In this document: positions 48,131 to 59,011 of the stretch, piece after piece | How the letters are laid out: each line of letters starts with the position of its first letter | How positions within the stretch are numbered: the first letter of the stretch is position 1 | Assembly (NCBI GenBank): GCA_963663545.1 | Contig: OY760505.1 | Location: forward strand, 32,001 to 96,000 | DNA length: 64,000 nt | Origin: Candidatus Delongbacteria bacterium | GTDB lineage: Bacteria > CAIWAD01 | Direction: 5' to 3' | The notes under the pieces: model-generated | What the model saw: only the letters and a program-made list of their open reading frames with translations | What the model was told of the DNA's origin: nothing | Databases searched by the model: none | Position numbers and translations under genes: made by a program

Positions 48131-50068
48131 ATGCCCCAGAATCTCGTTGAGAAGATTGCCCAGCGCTACGCAGCCGGGCTGGATTCCGGACACATTGTCA
48201 GAGCCGGTGATTTTCTTTCGATACGGCCGGCCCATGTGCTGACACACGACAATACCGGTGCCGTGATGCCCAAGTTCAAGGAAATCGGCGCGGCCGCTTT
48301 CGCCAATCCAGATCAGGTCGTGTACGCGCTGGATCATAATGTTCAGGACACAAGCGAGGCGAATCGGGCCAAGTACGCGCGCATTGAAGCTTTCGCGAAA
48401 GAGCAGGGAAGCCACTTCCATCCTGCAGGTCGCGGAATCGGTCACCAGATTATGGTAGAAGAGGGATTTGCCTGGCCGGGGACCATGGTCGTGGCAAGTG
48501 ATAGCCACTCGAACATGTACGGTGGTGTTGCAGCGCTGGGAACCCCCATTGTCCGCACGGATGCAGCAGCCATCTGGGCCACGGGGCGCACCTGGTGGCA
48601 GGTACCGCCGGTTGCGCGTGTTACTTTGACCGGCAAGCTGCGCACGGGTGTTACAGGCAAGGATGTCATTCTCACCTTGTGCTCCGTCTACGGGCAGGAT
48701 GAGGTGTTGAATCACGCTATCGAGTTCACCGGGCCTGGCGTCGCGGATCTGAACATCGAACAGCGCATGACCATTGCAAACATGACTACGGAGTGGGGAG
48801 CACTGGCGGGGGTCTTTCCCGTGGATGAGGTTTTGCTGCAATGGCTTGAGCAGCGATTAGCCTTTGTCGGTAGTTCTCATCCGCGTATCACACGTGCCCG
48901 TATTGATGAGCTGAAGCATGACACAGTACGCGCTGATGACGATGCCGTTTACGCCGTGGATGTAACCCTCGATCTGGCCAGTGTCTCGCCATGGCTCTCT
49001 GGACCGCATAATCTGAAGAAGGCGCGCCCTGTGGCTGAAGCGGCAGCAGAAGGCATGAAAATTCACAAAGCCTATCTGCTGAGCTGCGTCAATGGCAGGG
49101 CCGGAGATCTGGAACAAGCAGCGGCCGTGTTACGCGACAACTGCGTCCACGAGGGTGTCGAGCTCTATGTGTCACCGGCCTCCAGTCAAGTCCAGGAACA
49201 GTGTGAAGCCTCTGGTGCCTGGCAGGTGCTGGTGGACAGTGGTGCCAAGATTCTGCCACCCGGTTGTGGTCCATGCATTGGTCTTGGCGTTGGTTTGCTG
49301 GAACCGGGAGAAGTGGGCATTAGCGCCACCAACCGGAATTTCAAGGGGCGCATGGGAAGCCCTGAAGCCGAGGCTTATCTGGCGTCACCCGCTGTTGTTG
49401 CAGCTAGCGCGGTTGCTGGCAGAGTTGCCCTGCCGGAAGGGGCTGCTGGAGTGGTCAAGCCTGTCAGCAGTATTGTGATCCATCCTGCCGGGAATGAGCA
49501 GGGCAGTGAAGTCAGTCTATTGGCGGGATTCCCGCAGGTGCTCGAGGGTGAACTGCTCTTATGCGATGTGGATAACTTGAACACCGACGGTATCTATGCT
49601 GGCAAGTGGACGTACAAGGACGACATGGGGCCAGAGGATCAGGCCAGCGTGGCCATGGAAAACTATGATCCCGATTTTCGCAGCATAGCGCGCAAGGGCG
49701 ATCTGCTGGTGGGGGGATTCAACTTCGGTACCGGTTCAAGCCGCGAACAGGCCGCAACCGCACTGAAGTATTTTGGTATTGCGCTCGTGCTGGCGGGCTC
49801 TTTCAGCGAAACCTACAAGCGCAATGCACTGAACAACGGCTTCCTTCCGCTGGAGTGCCCCGAGCTGGTGCGCGACTTGCGTGAGCGCTTCCGCGAGAAA
49901 ACTCTCAGCCGACGCACGGGTATTCAGGTTCGCCTTGATTTCCGTCGTGCCCGTCTAGAGACTGCCGATACTGCGTACAAGCTTGCCCCAGTGGGCGCAG
50001 CAGCCCAAGAGCTCGTTTTGGCAGGGGGGCTGGAGAACTGGGTCAAGCAGGAGCTGGCTCGCGGCTAA
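48131..50068 (+). CDS. lysF: Homoaconitase, single-chain fungal Lys4/LysF type
   Basis: SDSHSNMYGG, TWWQVPPVA, SCVN, CGPCIGLG, NRNFKGRMG, with a fused swivel domain NLNTDGIY..NFGTGSSREQA. Confidence 0.85.
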   Translation: MPQNLVEKIAQRYAAGLDSGHIVRAGDFLSIRPAHVLTHDNTGAVMPKFKEIGAAAFANPDQVVYALDHNVQDTSEANRAKYARIEAFAKEQGSHFHPAGRGIGHQIMVEEGFAWPGTMVVASDSHSNMYGGVAALGTPIVRTDAAAIWATGRTWWQVPPVARVTLTGKLRTGVTGKDVILTLCSVYGQDEVLNHAIEFTGPGVADLNIEQRMTIANMTTEWGALAGVFPVDEVLLQWLEQRLAFVGSSHPRITRARIDELKHDTVRADDDAVYAVDVTLDLASVSPWLSGPHNLKKARPVAEAAAEGMKIHKAYLLSCVNGRAGDLEQAAAVLRDNCVHEGVELYVSPASSQVQEQCEASGAWQVLVDSGAKILPPGCGPCIGLGVGLLEPGEVGISATNRNFKGRMGSPEAEAYLASPAVVAASAVAGRVALPEGAAGVVKPVSSIVIHPAGNEQGSEVSLLAGFPQVLEGELLLCDVDNLNTDGIYAGKWTYKDDMGPEDQASVAMENYDPDFRSIARKGDLLVGGFNFGTGSSREQAATALKYFGIALVLAGSFSETYKRNALNNGFLPLECPELVRDLRERFREKTLSRRTGIQVRLDFRRARLETADTAYKLAPVGAAAQELVLAGGLENWVKQELARG

Positions 50069-50092
50069 CGCTTTGACAGAGCGAGAAAATGC

Positions 50093-50123
50093 GGGGAGTC
50101 TACGGACTCCCCTTTCTGTTTTT
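50093..50123 (+). terminator. Rho-independent terminator
   Basis: GGGGAGTC-TACG-GACTCCCC followed by a T-rich tail. Confidence 0.85.
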
Positions 50124-50178
50124 GTCGCTTCGGCTTGACTTTCCCTTTGAGATGCCATAGATTAGGTGTCCTATTCAC

Positions 50179-50251
<73 letters not shown>

Positions 50252-50276
50252 TTGATCAGCCTTCGGCGGATCCTGT

Positions 50277-50350
50277 GGCAGTGTAGCTCAGTCGGTTAGA
50301 GCAGCGGAATCATAATCCGCGTGTCCGGGGTTCGAGTCCCTGCACTGCTA
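50277..50350 (+). tRNA. tRNA-Met (CAT), probably elongator
   Basis: GGCAGTG/CACTGCT acceptor; GCGGA-ATCATAA-TCCGC; GGTTCGAGTCC. Confidence 0.88.
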
Positions 50351-50357
50351 TTCACCA

Positions 50358-50382
50358 CGGCCCCTTGTCAGGGGCTGTTTTC
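50358..50382 (+). terminator. Terminator after the tRNA pair
   Basis: ACGGCCCCT-TGTC-AGGGGCTGT followed by TTT. Confidence 0.7.
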
Positions 50383-50693
50383 ATTCTGGACAAAGCACAA
50401 TAGCTAACTCGAGTCGAGGAAGTTCTTTTCGTGGACGGGACTGCAAATAGGGTCCGACAGTCTTGTGCAAGTGTCCGGGGTTTGCGTTTTTTAAAGCGCT
50501 CGGTTTCGTTCCGGGAAGGGCACGATCGAGCTGATCGATCGCTACTGACACGCGGTCGAAAGCAACTGGCTGAAGACCCTCGCCCTCTAGCCAGGTGAGG
50601 ATCGAGAATCCCATCGTAAGCGTTTGACGCGTCGGAGTGAAGGTTCACGTTCGCCTTTTTGGTGCTTGGACCCCTCTGAAAGCAGGAAATTCC

Positions 50694-51356
50694 ATGCGGA
50701 AAAAACAGAGCAATGCAACACCATCGGCCAGCAGCACTTCGGCCGAGATCAACCGTAAGATTAACGCACTGGTCATGCTGCTTGAGGAGCGCGGTGTCAT
50801 CGAACCCGGAGAGTTTGACGATGCCGTGATGAACTTGAAGATCCAGTTGGCGGACCAGATGCCGAAGAATGGCAAGCCTCAGAAGCCGGTAAAACCCGCC
50901 GCCAAGCCCGTCAAGGGCGGAAAGCCGCAACCACAGGGACGCACCAAGGGCAAGGGCAATGAATACGTCGGCCCGGAGCGGCGCAATCCGCAAACCGTGA
51001 CACCGGCCCGGCCTGGGCAGGACCGACGCAGCCCGGCCAAAGTGCCAACGGGACACATTTCCGGCACCATTACCCGCAGCAGTACGCACCAGAGCATTTC
51101 TGGTGTGCAGTTGATTCTTAGACGCAGCATGAACGGCAGCATGGCGCCTACGCAGTTCCGTTCCACGAAGTCCGATCTGCAGGGCCGTTTTGTGTTCCTC
51201 AACCTGCCACTGCACAAGGACAGCGACCCGGACGAGGCCTATCGCTATGATCTGGAAGTGCGCTATCGCAATCAGACCCTGCACAGCGAGACCAATTTGC
51301 TGCTGGTGGCCAATCAGACGCTGTTGCACAATATGACGCTCGATATTGAGGAATGA
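50694..51356 (+). CDS. Hypothetical protein with a C-terminal carboxypeptidase-regulatory/prealbumin-like beta domain
   Basis: Pro/Lys linker, YVGPERR..DRR, GHISGTIT...ISGVQLIL...SDLQGRFVFLNLP. Confidence 0.65.
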   Translation: MRKKQSNATPSASSTSAEINRKINALVMLLEERGVIEPGEFDDAVMNLKIQLADQMPKNGKPQKPVKPAAKPVKGGKPQPQGRTKGKGNEYVGPERRNPQTVTPARPGQDRRSPAKVPTGHISGTITRSSTHQSISGVQLILRRSMNGSMAPTQFRSTKSDLQGRFVFLNLPLHKDSDPDEAYRYDLEVRYRNQTLHSETNLLLVANQTLLHNMTLDIEE

Positions 51357-52719
51357 GTCCGCACACACACGGCTACTTCAGACCCTGAGCGAACATCTGC
51401 CCGCGGATGGAAGCCCCTTGTTACTGGCCCTTTCAGGAGGGCTTGATTCAACTTGCCTGCTGGAGCTCTGCGTGCGAGAACGAGCCCGGAGCGGTCGACG
51501 CTTGCGCGCATTGCATGTGAATCACGGCCTGCGTGGAAGCGATGCTGATGCCGATGAGGGGCTGGTGCGCGATCAGTGCCGTACACACGGAGTCCCCTTG
51601 CGGGTACTGTGCGCCGACCCCTCGGTTCTGCGTCAAGGAAACCTGCAGCATCAGGCTCACTGTTTTCGCCGTACTTGCCTGCTTGATGAGCGCGAAGAAG
51701 GGGAGTGGATTCTGACCGCGCATCACGCAGCCGATCAGACAGAGAGCCTTCTGGCTGCACTCCTGCATGCGAAACTCCCCTGGGGTCTGGCGGGAATTCT
51801 GCCGCTGGACAAGCCCTGGCTGCGTCCCCTATTGTCCGTATCACGTAGTGAATTACTAGCCTGGGCGCTAGCGAACGGGCTGACGTGGCGCGAAGACAAA
51901 AGCAATTGGGATTCCAGCTATGAGCGTAACTACATCCGGCACGCGATTGCGGCTCCATTGCGTGACAGACTAGGCGAAGAGCTGGAGCAGATCTTCGGGC
52001 GCATCTCGTGCCAAGTAGCCGCTGCGCGAGAGAGTTTGCAACAATGCAGCGAGGAAGTTCTTGATAATTCAACGCTTGGCAAGATAGAGGACTGTATCAC
52101 GCTTGCGCGTGCACCCATACTTCAGTACCATGATCTGATTGTTCGAGAACTCTTGCTGAGGCTGTCCAGGCGCTTGGCCTTTTGGCCAAGACCACCGATT
52201 CAACAGCGTCTGCAAGAGATCGTTGACTTTATGCGACAGGGATCTCCCGGCAAGTGGAAAGCGCTTGATGCGCAATGGGAGCTTAGCCTTAGTCGTGGTC
52301 GTGTGCAGATCCATCGTGGATTGCCGGAGCTTCCTGCTGAAGCGGGACTAGCAGCTACGCCACTGACGTACGGCTTGGGCCGCTTTTTCGTTGCAGAAGC
52401 TCCCGTTTCCAATGGTGCCACCTCCTTGTGTCTTAGCGACGACCAGCTGAACCGGGCGCGCTTGCGCAGATGGTCTGCTGGTGATCGCGTGCGTCTTTCG
52501 TGCACAAGTGGGAAGTCGGTTGCCGACCTGCTGAGCGCCGCCGGCCTTACGCGCTATGAGAAAGCGTGTCAACCGGTCGTGGAGCTTGACCGTAAAATTC
52601 TCTGGATACCGGGTGTTGCCGCCGCGTGGCGGGAACCAGACATGGAATTCATTTCTTCAAACGGGATACGTTATGAGTCGTTTGCACATCGACAACATGA
52701 CCTTCGAGGTCTTGATTGA
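51346..52719 (+). CDS. tilS: tRNA(Ile)-lysidine synthase
   Basis: LALSGGLDS, HVNHGLRG, TAHHAADQTES, LRPLL, WREDKSN..YERNYIRH; precedes hpt-ftsH. Confidence 0.92.
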   Translation: MRNESAHTRLLQTLSEHLPADGSPLLLALSGGLDSTCLLELCVRERARSGRRLRALHVNHGLRGSDADADEGLVRDQCRTHGVPLRVLCADPSVLRQGNLQHQAHCFRRTCLLDEREEGEWILTAHHAADQTESLLAALLHAKLPWGLAGILPLDKPWLRPLLSVSRSELLAWALANGLTWREDKSNWDSSYERNYIRHAIAAPLRDRLGEELEQIFGRISCQVAAARESLQQCSEEVLDNSTLGKIEDCITLARAPILQYHDLIVRELLLRLSRRLAFWPRPPIQQRLQEIVDFMRQGSPGKWKALDAQWELSLSRGRVQIHRGLPELPAEAGLAATPLTYGLGRFFVAEAPVSNGATSLCLSDDQLNRARLRRWSAGDRVRLSCTSGKSVADLLSAAGLTRYEKACQPVVELDRKILWIPGVAAAWREPDMEFISSNGIRYESFAHRQHDLRGLD

Positions 52720-53215
52720 CCGTACGCGAATTGCCGAGCGCGTGCGTGAGCTGGCCCAGGAGCTGAGCGCTGATTTCGCGGGTAAAAACCCGATTCTGAT
52801 GATCGTGCTCAATGGCGGCTTTGTCTTTGGCGCCGATCTGCTACGTGCCCTGGACATTGACTGCGAAGTGGATTTCATCAAGATTTCCAGCTATGGTGAT
52901 GAAATGACCACTTCGGGCGAAGTGAAGATGAAGAAGGACTACGATTGCCTGGTGCACGATCGCCATATCGTCGTAGTGGAGGACATCGTCGACAGCGGCC
53001 TCAGTTTGAGCTTCCTTAAGCGCAAGTTCGAGCTGCAGGATCCTGCCTCCATCTCCTTTGTTTCGCTGTTGCACAAACCCGCCAATTCCCGCCTGGATTT
53101 CGAGCTGAATTATGTCGGTTTTGAGATCGGTGAAGAGTTTGTGTTGGGCTATGGGCTCGATTATCGCCAGAACTGGCGCAATCTGCCTGATATCTACGTG
53201 CGTGTTGAGGCTTAG
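52673..53215 (+). CDS. hpt: Hypoxanthine phosphoribosyltransferase
   Basis: VVVEDIVDSGLSL, FVLGYGLDY, RNLPDI. Confidence 0.95.
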   Translation: MSRLHIDNMTFEVLIDRTRIAERVRELAQELSADFAGKNPILMIVLNGGFVFGADLLRALDIDCEVDFIKISSYGDEMTTSGEVKMKKDYDCLVHDRHIVVVEDIVDSGLSLSFLKRKFELQDPASISFVSLLHKPANSRLDFELNYVGFEIGEEFVLGYGLDYRQNWRNLPDIYVRVEA

Positions 53216-53251
53216 ACTCAGGCCGAAAGCCTGTAGAGAGGATAGAACCCC

Positions 53252-55309
53252 ATGAGTGAAGGACCGCGACGCGAACAGCGGCCCCGCAAGGAAAACGGCG
53301 GATCCAATTGGCGCAAGGCCTATGGTTCGGTCATTTTCTGGGTCATGATGCTGGTGGTCATGATTCTGCTCGCCCAGGCCTTCGACAGTGAACCTGCCGT
53401 CGAGCACCTGACCTACACCAATTACCGCGAGATGGTAGAAGCGCCGGATACACGCGTCGAGTCCATCAAAGTAGTCGCGGACCCCGTGACGCCGGTTGGA
53501 ACCCTGCGCGTACTCGAGGACGGCGGTGAGGGCGAGCGCAACTACAAGCAGTACACGGTCAATCTGCCTGAACAACTGGCCGACGATCTGGAGCTGTGGC
53601 GCACGCGCAACATTCCCTTCGATTTTGAACCTCGGCGCACGAATTGGATGGCCTATATCCTGACCTCCATTCTGCCCTGGGTGGTACTTTTCGGCGTCTG
53701 GATCTTCTTCTTGAGGCGCATGCAGGGAGGCGGCGGCGGTAGTCGCGGAGTCTTTAATTTTGGCAAGAGCCGCGCGAAGATGTCCAGCGAGAATCAGGTC
53801 AAGGTGACCTTTGCCGATGTAGCCGGAGCGGACGAAGCCAAAGAAGAACTGGCCGAGATTATCGAATTCCTCAAGGAGCCGCGACGCTTCAGTCGCCTTG
53901 GAGGACGCATACCCAAGGGAGCATTGATGCTCGGCCCCCCGGGAACCGGCAAGACACTGCTGGCCCGAGCGGTGGCCGGCGAGGCAGGCGTGCCTTTCTT
54001 CAGTATGAGCGGTGCGGATTTCGTCGAGATGTTCGTGGGCGTTGGTGCCAGCCGTGTGCGTGACCTGTTCGAACAGGGCAAGAAGAGCGCGCCCTGCATT
54101 ATTTTCATCGACGAAATCGACGCCGTTGGCCGCCAGCGCGGTGCCGGTCTGGGGGGCGGACACGACGAGCGGGAGCAGACCCTGAATCAGCTTCTGGTTG
54201 AGATGGACGGCTTCGAGTCCAACGAAGGTGTCATTCTAATTGCGGCCACCAACCGTCCCGATGTGCTGGATCCAGCGCTGATGCGTCCTGGTCGCTTTGA
54301 CCGGCAAATTGTCGTGGATCGCCCCGACGTTCGTGGTCGCGAGGGCATTCTGCGCGTGCACTCTGCCAAGGTTCCGCTGAGCAAGGATGTGGACCTGAAG
54401 GTAGTTGCCAAAGGGACTCCGGGCCTGGCGGGCGCAGAGTTGGCAAACATCGTGAACGAGGCCGCGCTTCTGGCCGCACGTCGCAATCAGACCGAAGTCG
54501 CCATGGAGGATTTCGAAGAGGCACGCGACAAGGTGCTAATGGGTACGGCGCGCAGAAGTCTGATGCTGACCGAAGAGGACAAGCGCATCACAGCCTTCCA
54601 CGAGGCGGGCCATGCTTTGGTTTCGGCCTTGCTGCCCGACTCCAATCCGTTGCACAAAGTGACCATCATTCCACGCGGTCGCGCCTTGGGCTTGACCTGG
54701 CAGCTGCCGGAGGACAACTTGCACCAGACGCGCCGCAAACTGCTGGCAGAACTGCGGGTGCTGTATGCGGGACGCGAAGCCGAGAAGCTCGTCTTTGGTG
54801 ATGTAACGACGGGTGCCCAGAACGATATTCAGCGTGCTACACAAATCGCCGAAGCGATGGTTTGTGAAGTGGGCATGAGCGATGCAATGGGCCTGCGCAG
54901 CTACGGCAAGAAGCAGGAAGAGATTTTCCTGGGGCGCGAAATCAGCCAACGGCGCGATTTCTCTGAGCGCACCGCCGAGCGCATCGATGCCGAGGTGGAC
55001 CGGATTTTACAGGAAGCTCGTGAAGAAACAGCCAAGCTACTGCAGGAGAACGAAGAGCATCTGCGTCGTCTGGCTGAAGAACTGCTGAAGCGCGAGATTC
55101 TGGATCGTGAGGACATTGAGACCATCCTGCGAGGCGAAGAGCTTCAGCCCATGCCGAACGGTGATACAAAGCCCGAGACCTCCCCTGACGAAGAACCCGT
55201 TGCCGAAGCGTCAGCGGAGGCTGCGGTTGACAGTTCGGAGGAAGTCCTTGACGGAGAGCGCGCCTCAGGTTTAGGAGATGAAATAGAGGCGGACGAGGAG
55301 CGTGCATGA
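53252..55309 (+). CDS. ftsH: ATP-dependent zinc metalloprotease FtsH
   Basis: [29 protein letters not shown]; two TM segments. Confidence 0.98.
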   Translation: MSEGPRREQRPRKENGGSNWRKAYGSVIFWVMMLVVMILLAQAFDSEPAVEHLTYTNYREMVEAPDTRVESIKVVADPVTPVGTLRVLEDGGEGERNYKQYTVNLPEQLADDLELWRTRNIPFDFEPRRTNWMAYILTSILPWVVLFGVWIFFLRRMQGGGGGSRGVFNFGKSRAKMSSENQVKVTFADVAGADEAKEELAEIIEFLKEPRRFSRLGGRIPKGALMLGPPGTGKTLLARAVAGEAGVPFFSMSGADFVEMFVGVGASRVRDLFEQGKKSAPCIIFIDEIDAVGRQRGAGLGGGHDEREQTLNQLLVEMDGFESNEGVILIAATNRPDVLDPALMRPGRFDRQIVVDRPDVRGREGILRVHSAKVPLSKDVDLKVVAKGTPGLAGAELANIVNEAALLAARRNQTEVAMEDFEEARDKVLMGTARRSLMLTEEDKRITAFHEAGHALVSALLPDSNPLHKVTIIPRGRALGLTWQLPEDNLHQTRRKLLAELRVLYAGREAEKLVFGDVTTGAQNDIQRATQIAEAMVCEVGMSDAMGLRSYGKKQEEIFLGREISQRRDFSERTAERIDAEVDRILQEAREETAKLLQENEEHLRRLAEELLKREILDREDIETILRGEELQPMPNGDTKPETSPDEEPVAEASAEAAVDSSEEVLDGERASGLGDEIEADEERA

Positions 55310-55926
55310 GCCAGTACAGCGAGGAGGAACTCCGTAAACAGATTCGCGAAGAACTGGCTGCGGAGGCCGCCCGCGCGAAGGAGCGCAGACAGATTGCCAG
55401 CACTCCACCACGTGATGAAGCCGAAACAATGCGACGTCGCATCCTTGAAGAGGAGCGGCGCCGTTTCTTTCAGGATTCCGCTGAGCACTTTGAGTACATC
55501 AATGAAAACGGGGATGTCGAGTGGCTCACGCGTGAGGAAATCACCGCACGTGAAGGGTATTTCGATTACGAAGAGCACGTCGAAGATCCTCTTGCCGGGC
55601 GGCGCCGCTTTTTGATCTGGATGAGTGTCGGTGTTTTCGTGATGCTGTCGGCCGCCTGGGGAGTGGTGAGCTGGGTTCTGCCAGCGACGGGTCAACTCAG
55701 CGTTGTCTGCAATGTCCCTGCAGCCACTATTTTAGTGGATGGCCAGGAAAGCGGTTATACGACCGATGCCATTCTGGAGTTGCCCATCGGCGAGCACCTG
55801 GTGGAAGTACGCGCCTGGGGATATCATGTCAGCGGTGATCCGGTGCGCGTTGTCACCGTGCAAGAAGACCAACTCAGCCTAAGTGAGTTCAGACTGGAAG
55901 CGGTCGGACAAGCGACGGAGCCCTGA
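55306..55926 (+). CDS. Single-pass membrane protein with a PEGA domain
   Basis: Charged N-terminal coil, TM segment, GQLSVVCNVPAATILVDG...LPIGEHLVEV. Confidence 0.75.
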   Translation: MSQYSEEELRKQIREELAAEAARAKERRQIASTPPRDEAETMRRRILEEERRRFFQDSAEHFEYINENGDVEWLTREEITAREGYFDYEEHVEDPLAGRRRFLIWMSVGVFVMLSAAWGVVSWVLPATGQLSVVCNVPAATILVDGQESGYTTDAILELPIGEHLVEVRAWGYHVSGDPVRVVTVQEDQLSLSEFRLEAVGQATEP

Positions 55927-57485
55927 TGGGAAGGCAGCCCGAGCATTCCTCGACCAAACCTGTGTATTACGCCGGCGAGGGCTTTGACGATCAACCGCCT
56001 CGGCGGCGCGGCCTATTTCTATGGCTGTCCATTCTGTTGCTGGCATTGCTTGCTATCGGGGGAGCCATATTCTGGCTGCACGCGAGGCAGACGGCGAGTT
56101 TTATCGTTCACGTCGATAGTCAACCCCCGGGTGCCAGCGTCCTGCTGGATATGCAGCCTACGGAGTATATAACACCGGCTCGGATCGAGCTGAAGGCGAA
56201 GCAAGCGACGCTGCTACAGGTTCGCACCCCAGGGATGAACAGCGACCCGATGGCCGTGCAACTCAGTGTGGCCCGTGATACAAGCCTCTGCTTTGTGCTT
56301 ACCCCGCTACCGCCGACTGTAGTGACACCAGCGGAATCCAGACAAACAAACGCTGGCAGTGTTAGGCCCGAAAACGTTGTGTCACGTGGTGGCGAACTTG
56401 CCCTGCTGGAGGCGCGACTCGGGGTTGATCTTGATGTGGCGGAGACCGGTACACGCATACAAGCCTCAGCTCCCGTCGCAGGCCAAAGCCGTGATACACA
56501 AACACGAAAGCCAAAGACTCAGGCCGCATCACGCTTTGATCTACCCACCATTCCGGCGGAGCGACCGGTAGAGCAGGATCCTCCTGCCCAAGAGACGCGA
56601 CAGGGCCGCCTGCGCGTCGACAATTGGCGTGACGCTTTCCGATTGCGGTTGGATGATCGTGAAATCGGTTACCAGGGCGAGTTCGAGCTCGTGCCGGGGC
56701 CACATCGTCTCACAATTGATCTGGATCGCCAGCTATTGCTCGATACGCTCATGACCTTCAAACCCGGAGAAGTACACGCGCTGCAGTTGCCGGGTGAGGC
56801 GCATTTTGTCTCCCTGATCACCTTGCCGGTCGAAGGCGAGATCGTCAGTGGGGATGAAGTGTTGGGCACCGGCACGGCGTTGATTTCGCGCTCGCGGCTG
56901 CCAATGGAGATTCACTTCATGCCCGTCAAGGGCTTTTTGGAACCCGCCACCTTGGTTCTCAGCAAGCGCGATCCGCTCGAAGTGGAGGCCTTCTACATTG
57001 AGGAGCAAACACTTTCCTGGGATCTGCGACCGAGTGAACACCAGTTGCGCGCTATCGCGGCCGGTTATTATCTGCCCGGTCAGGGCTTTGTTGCCGATCG
57101 GGAGCGCGGGCCGCAAACCGATGGAGAGCGACTGCTACTCGGGCGAGCCTTCCATGACCGCAGGCCCGGTGGTAGCCAGCAGATCGAGTTCCTCTTTGTG
57201 CTTCCTGAAGGCGTGCATGAAGGCATGCCAGCGCGCCTGCGATTGCGTGTCGCGGATAGCGAAGACAGCTTTCCGATGCAGTTCACTGATCTGGCGACGC
57301 TCACCGTGGAGCTGAACGGCCAACGCCTCGCGGACGATGTCACGCTGGGGCAGGAAACCGAGACCCGCAATTGGCCCATCAGTCGTATGATTCACTCGGG
57401 CGAAAACCGGCTCAGCCTGCGTAACACAGAGCGAGCTACCAGCGCCAGTGCGATCTACAGTGTCGAAGTGGAATTGAAGCGATGA
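55926..57485 (+). CDS. Single-pass membrane protein with PEGA-like and additional beta domains
   Basis: TM segment, VDSQPPGASVLLD...TP, LVPGPHRLTI, C-terminal VELNG...GENRLSL. Confidence 0.7.
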   Translation: MGRQPEHSSTKPVYYAGEGFDDQPPRRRGLFLWLSILLLALLAIGGAIFWLHARQTASFIVHVDSQPPGASVLLDMQPTEYITPARIELKAKQATLLQVRTPGMNSDPMAVQLSVARDTSLCFVLTPLPPTVVTPAESRQTNAGSVRPENVVSRGGELALLEARLGVDLDVAETGTRIQASAPVAGQSRDTQTRKPKTQAASRFDLPTIPAERPVEQDPPAQETRQGRLRVDNWRDAFRLRLDDREIGYQGEFELVPGPHRLTIDLDRQLLLDTLMTFKPGEVHALQLPGEAHFVSLITLPVEGEIVSGDEVLGTGTALISRSRLPMEIHFMPVKGFLEPATLVLSKRDPLEVEAFYIEEQTLSWDLRPSEHQLRAIAAGYYLPGQGFVADRERGPQTDGERLLLGRAFHDRRPGGSQQIEFLFVLPEGVHEGMPARLRLRVADSEDSFPMQFTDLATLTVELNGQRLADDVTLGQETETRNWPISRMIHSGENRLSLRNTERATSASAIYSVEVELKR

Positions 57486-59011
57486 CTGAGCTGCTGATTC
57501 TTTGGAACCAGGCCGGCGGAGCCGTTCCTGGCGGTCTGTGGCCTTTGCTGCTTCTTAGTCTTTTTCTGGCATTCCTGTTTTTACGGATGCTTCCGGGCAC
57601 GGGTGTCTTTGGCGAGCGGGGTCCGGTGCCAGCCCTTCTGCTGGCGCTGGCACTTCTGATCGCAGCCCATCTGATTCTGCGTACGAAACTGACACCGCGT
57701 CCGGGCGAAGCGGTTCTGAGCTTGTGGCCCGTGGAAGGCCTTCCCGCTGCGCGCGCCCTTTCTGCAACGGCTGAAGTAGCGCTCTCGCGTGAGCATGAGC
57801 TGTGCTTCGCCGATCGAGATTTACGCTTGCAGGTAAATCGCGCTTTTTTACCGGCGGACCTCTTTCAGCCCAGGGATAAGAGCGGCATTGATCGTCTGAT
57901 GAAGGCGCTTGCTGCGGATGTGCTGGTAAATGCGCGTTTGACCGAGGATACGCTCGTGATACAGGCATGGGAGCGTGTCTGGAGTGTGACACGTCAGCTT
58001 GATCAGCAGCAGTTGCCCCTCGACGGAGAAAGCGAAGAGGCCAGAGTGCTGTCGGCGCACACGCTCTACGATGGGTTCATACGTACTCTGCTGCAGCACG
58101 AGTTCGTGTCGGTGTCACTTCCCGCAAGCGATTTGCCGCTTTACGGGGCCGTAGTCGATTCTACTGAGACCTATCTGGCTCTTCCGGCCGAACCGGGAAG
58201 CGAATATGCAGCAGTGCGCATGGCTTCACTGCGCTTTCATCTGGGAGTGGATGAGGCACAGGTAGTTGAGGTGATCAATGCAGGACTGGAGCAGGGCGAC
58301 GAGGCCGGCGTTGACTTATGGTTACTGGCAGCGGAGTGGTTTGCTGCACGTGGAGAATGGGAGCAAGTGATACAGGCGCTTGAAAACGCAATGGCTGTTG
58401 ATCCGGCGCATCCCCAGATTTACTGGATGATTTCCCATCTGAACCGCGACGCGCGCAAACACTTTGGTTTTTACGATGAACCGGCTCCGCTACTGCGCGG
58501 AATCAGCCTGCATCCCGCCTATCTGCCCACGGTGTATCGCCTCTGCGAACGTCTTTCGGCACACCGCCGTAAGGACGAGGCTGCCAGCTATGCTGATGTG
58601 GCCATGATGATCTGCCCACGAGATAGTGAACTGCGGCTTCAGCGAGCAAATCTGGCGCTTAGCCTGATGCAGCACGGCTATGCCCTTCAGCTCTATCAGG
58701 GGTTGTGCACAGAGTTTCCGCGTGATCCGCGTGCCTTCATCAATTTGGGGCAGTTGTATTACATGCTGCAGGAGTACGAGGCGGCAATTGCGCCCCTGAC
58801 CGAGGCGGTTGCGCTGGGTGCTCCGCCAAAACTACTGCACATTCTCGGCGTGTGTTACGACGAGCTGGGACAGGATGAGCAAGCTGTGCACTACTACCGG
58901 CGACGGATGCAATTGGGCGGTGATCGCCAGGAGCTCGAAGCAACCCGGCTTCGCCTGGCCGCCCACTTCCCGGAAATGCAGCCGGAGGTCCAGGAGGAGG
59001 CAAGGCCTTGA
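57482..59011 (+). CDS. Membrane-anchored TPR protein
   Basis: Two N-terminal TM segments; C-terminal TPRs (AFINLGQLYY, ILGVCYDELG). Confidence 0.75.
   Translation: MTELLILWNQAGGAVPGGLWPLLLLSLFLAFLFLRMLPGTGVFGERGPVPALLLALALLIAAHLILRTKLTPRPGEAVLSLWPVEGLPAARALSATAEVALSREHELCFADRDLRLQVNRAFLPADLFQPRDKSGIDRLMKALAADVLVNARLTEDTLVIQAWERVWSVTRQLDQQQLPLDGESEEARVLSAHTLYDGFIRTLLQHEFVSVSLPASDLPLYGAVVDSTETYLALPAEPGSEYAAVRMASLRFHLGVDEAQVVEVINAGLEQGDEAGVDLWLLAAEWFAARGEWEQVIQALENAMAVDPAHPQIYWMISHLNRDARKHFGFYDEPAPLLRGISLHPAYLPTVYRLCERLSAHRRKDEAASYADVAMMICPRDSELRLQRANLALSLMQHGYALQLYQGLCTEFPRDPRAFINLGQLYYMLQEYEAAIAPLTEAVALGAPPKLLHILGVCYDELGQDEQAVHYYRRRMQLGGDRQELEATRLRLAAHFPEMQPEVQEEARP

Noticed and set aside
50277-50350. 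tRNA-Ile2 (CAT) suggested by the nearby tilS
   Set aside because: The acceptor stem GGCAGTG lacks the C4/C5 pairs typical of TilS substrates and looks like elongator Met. An isotype-specific model would be needed to settle it.
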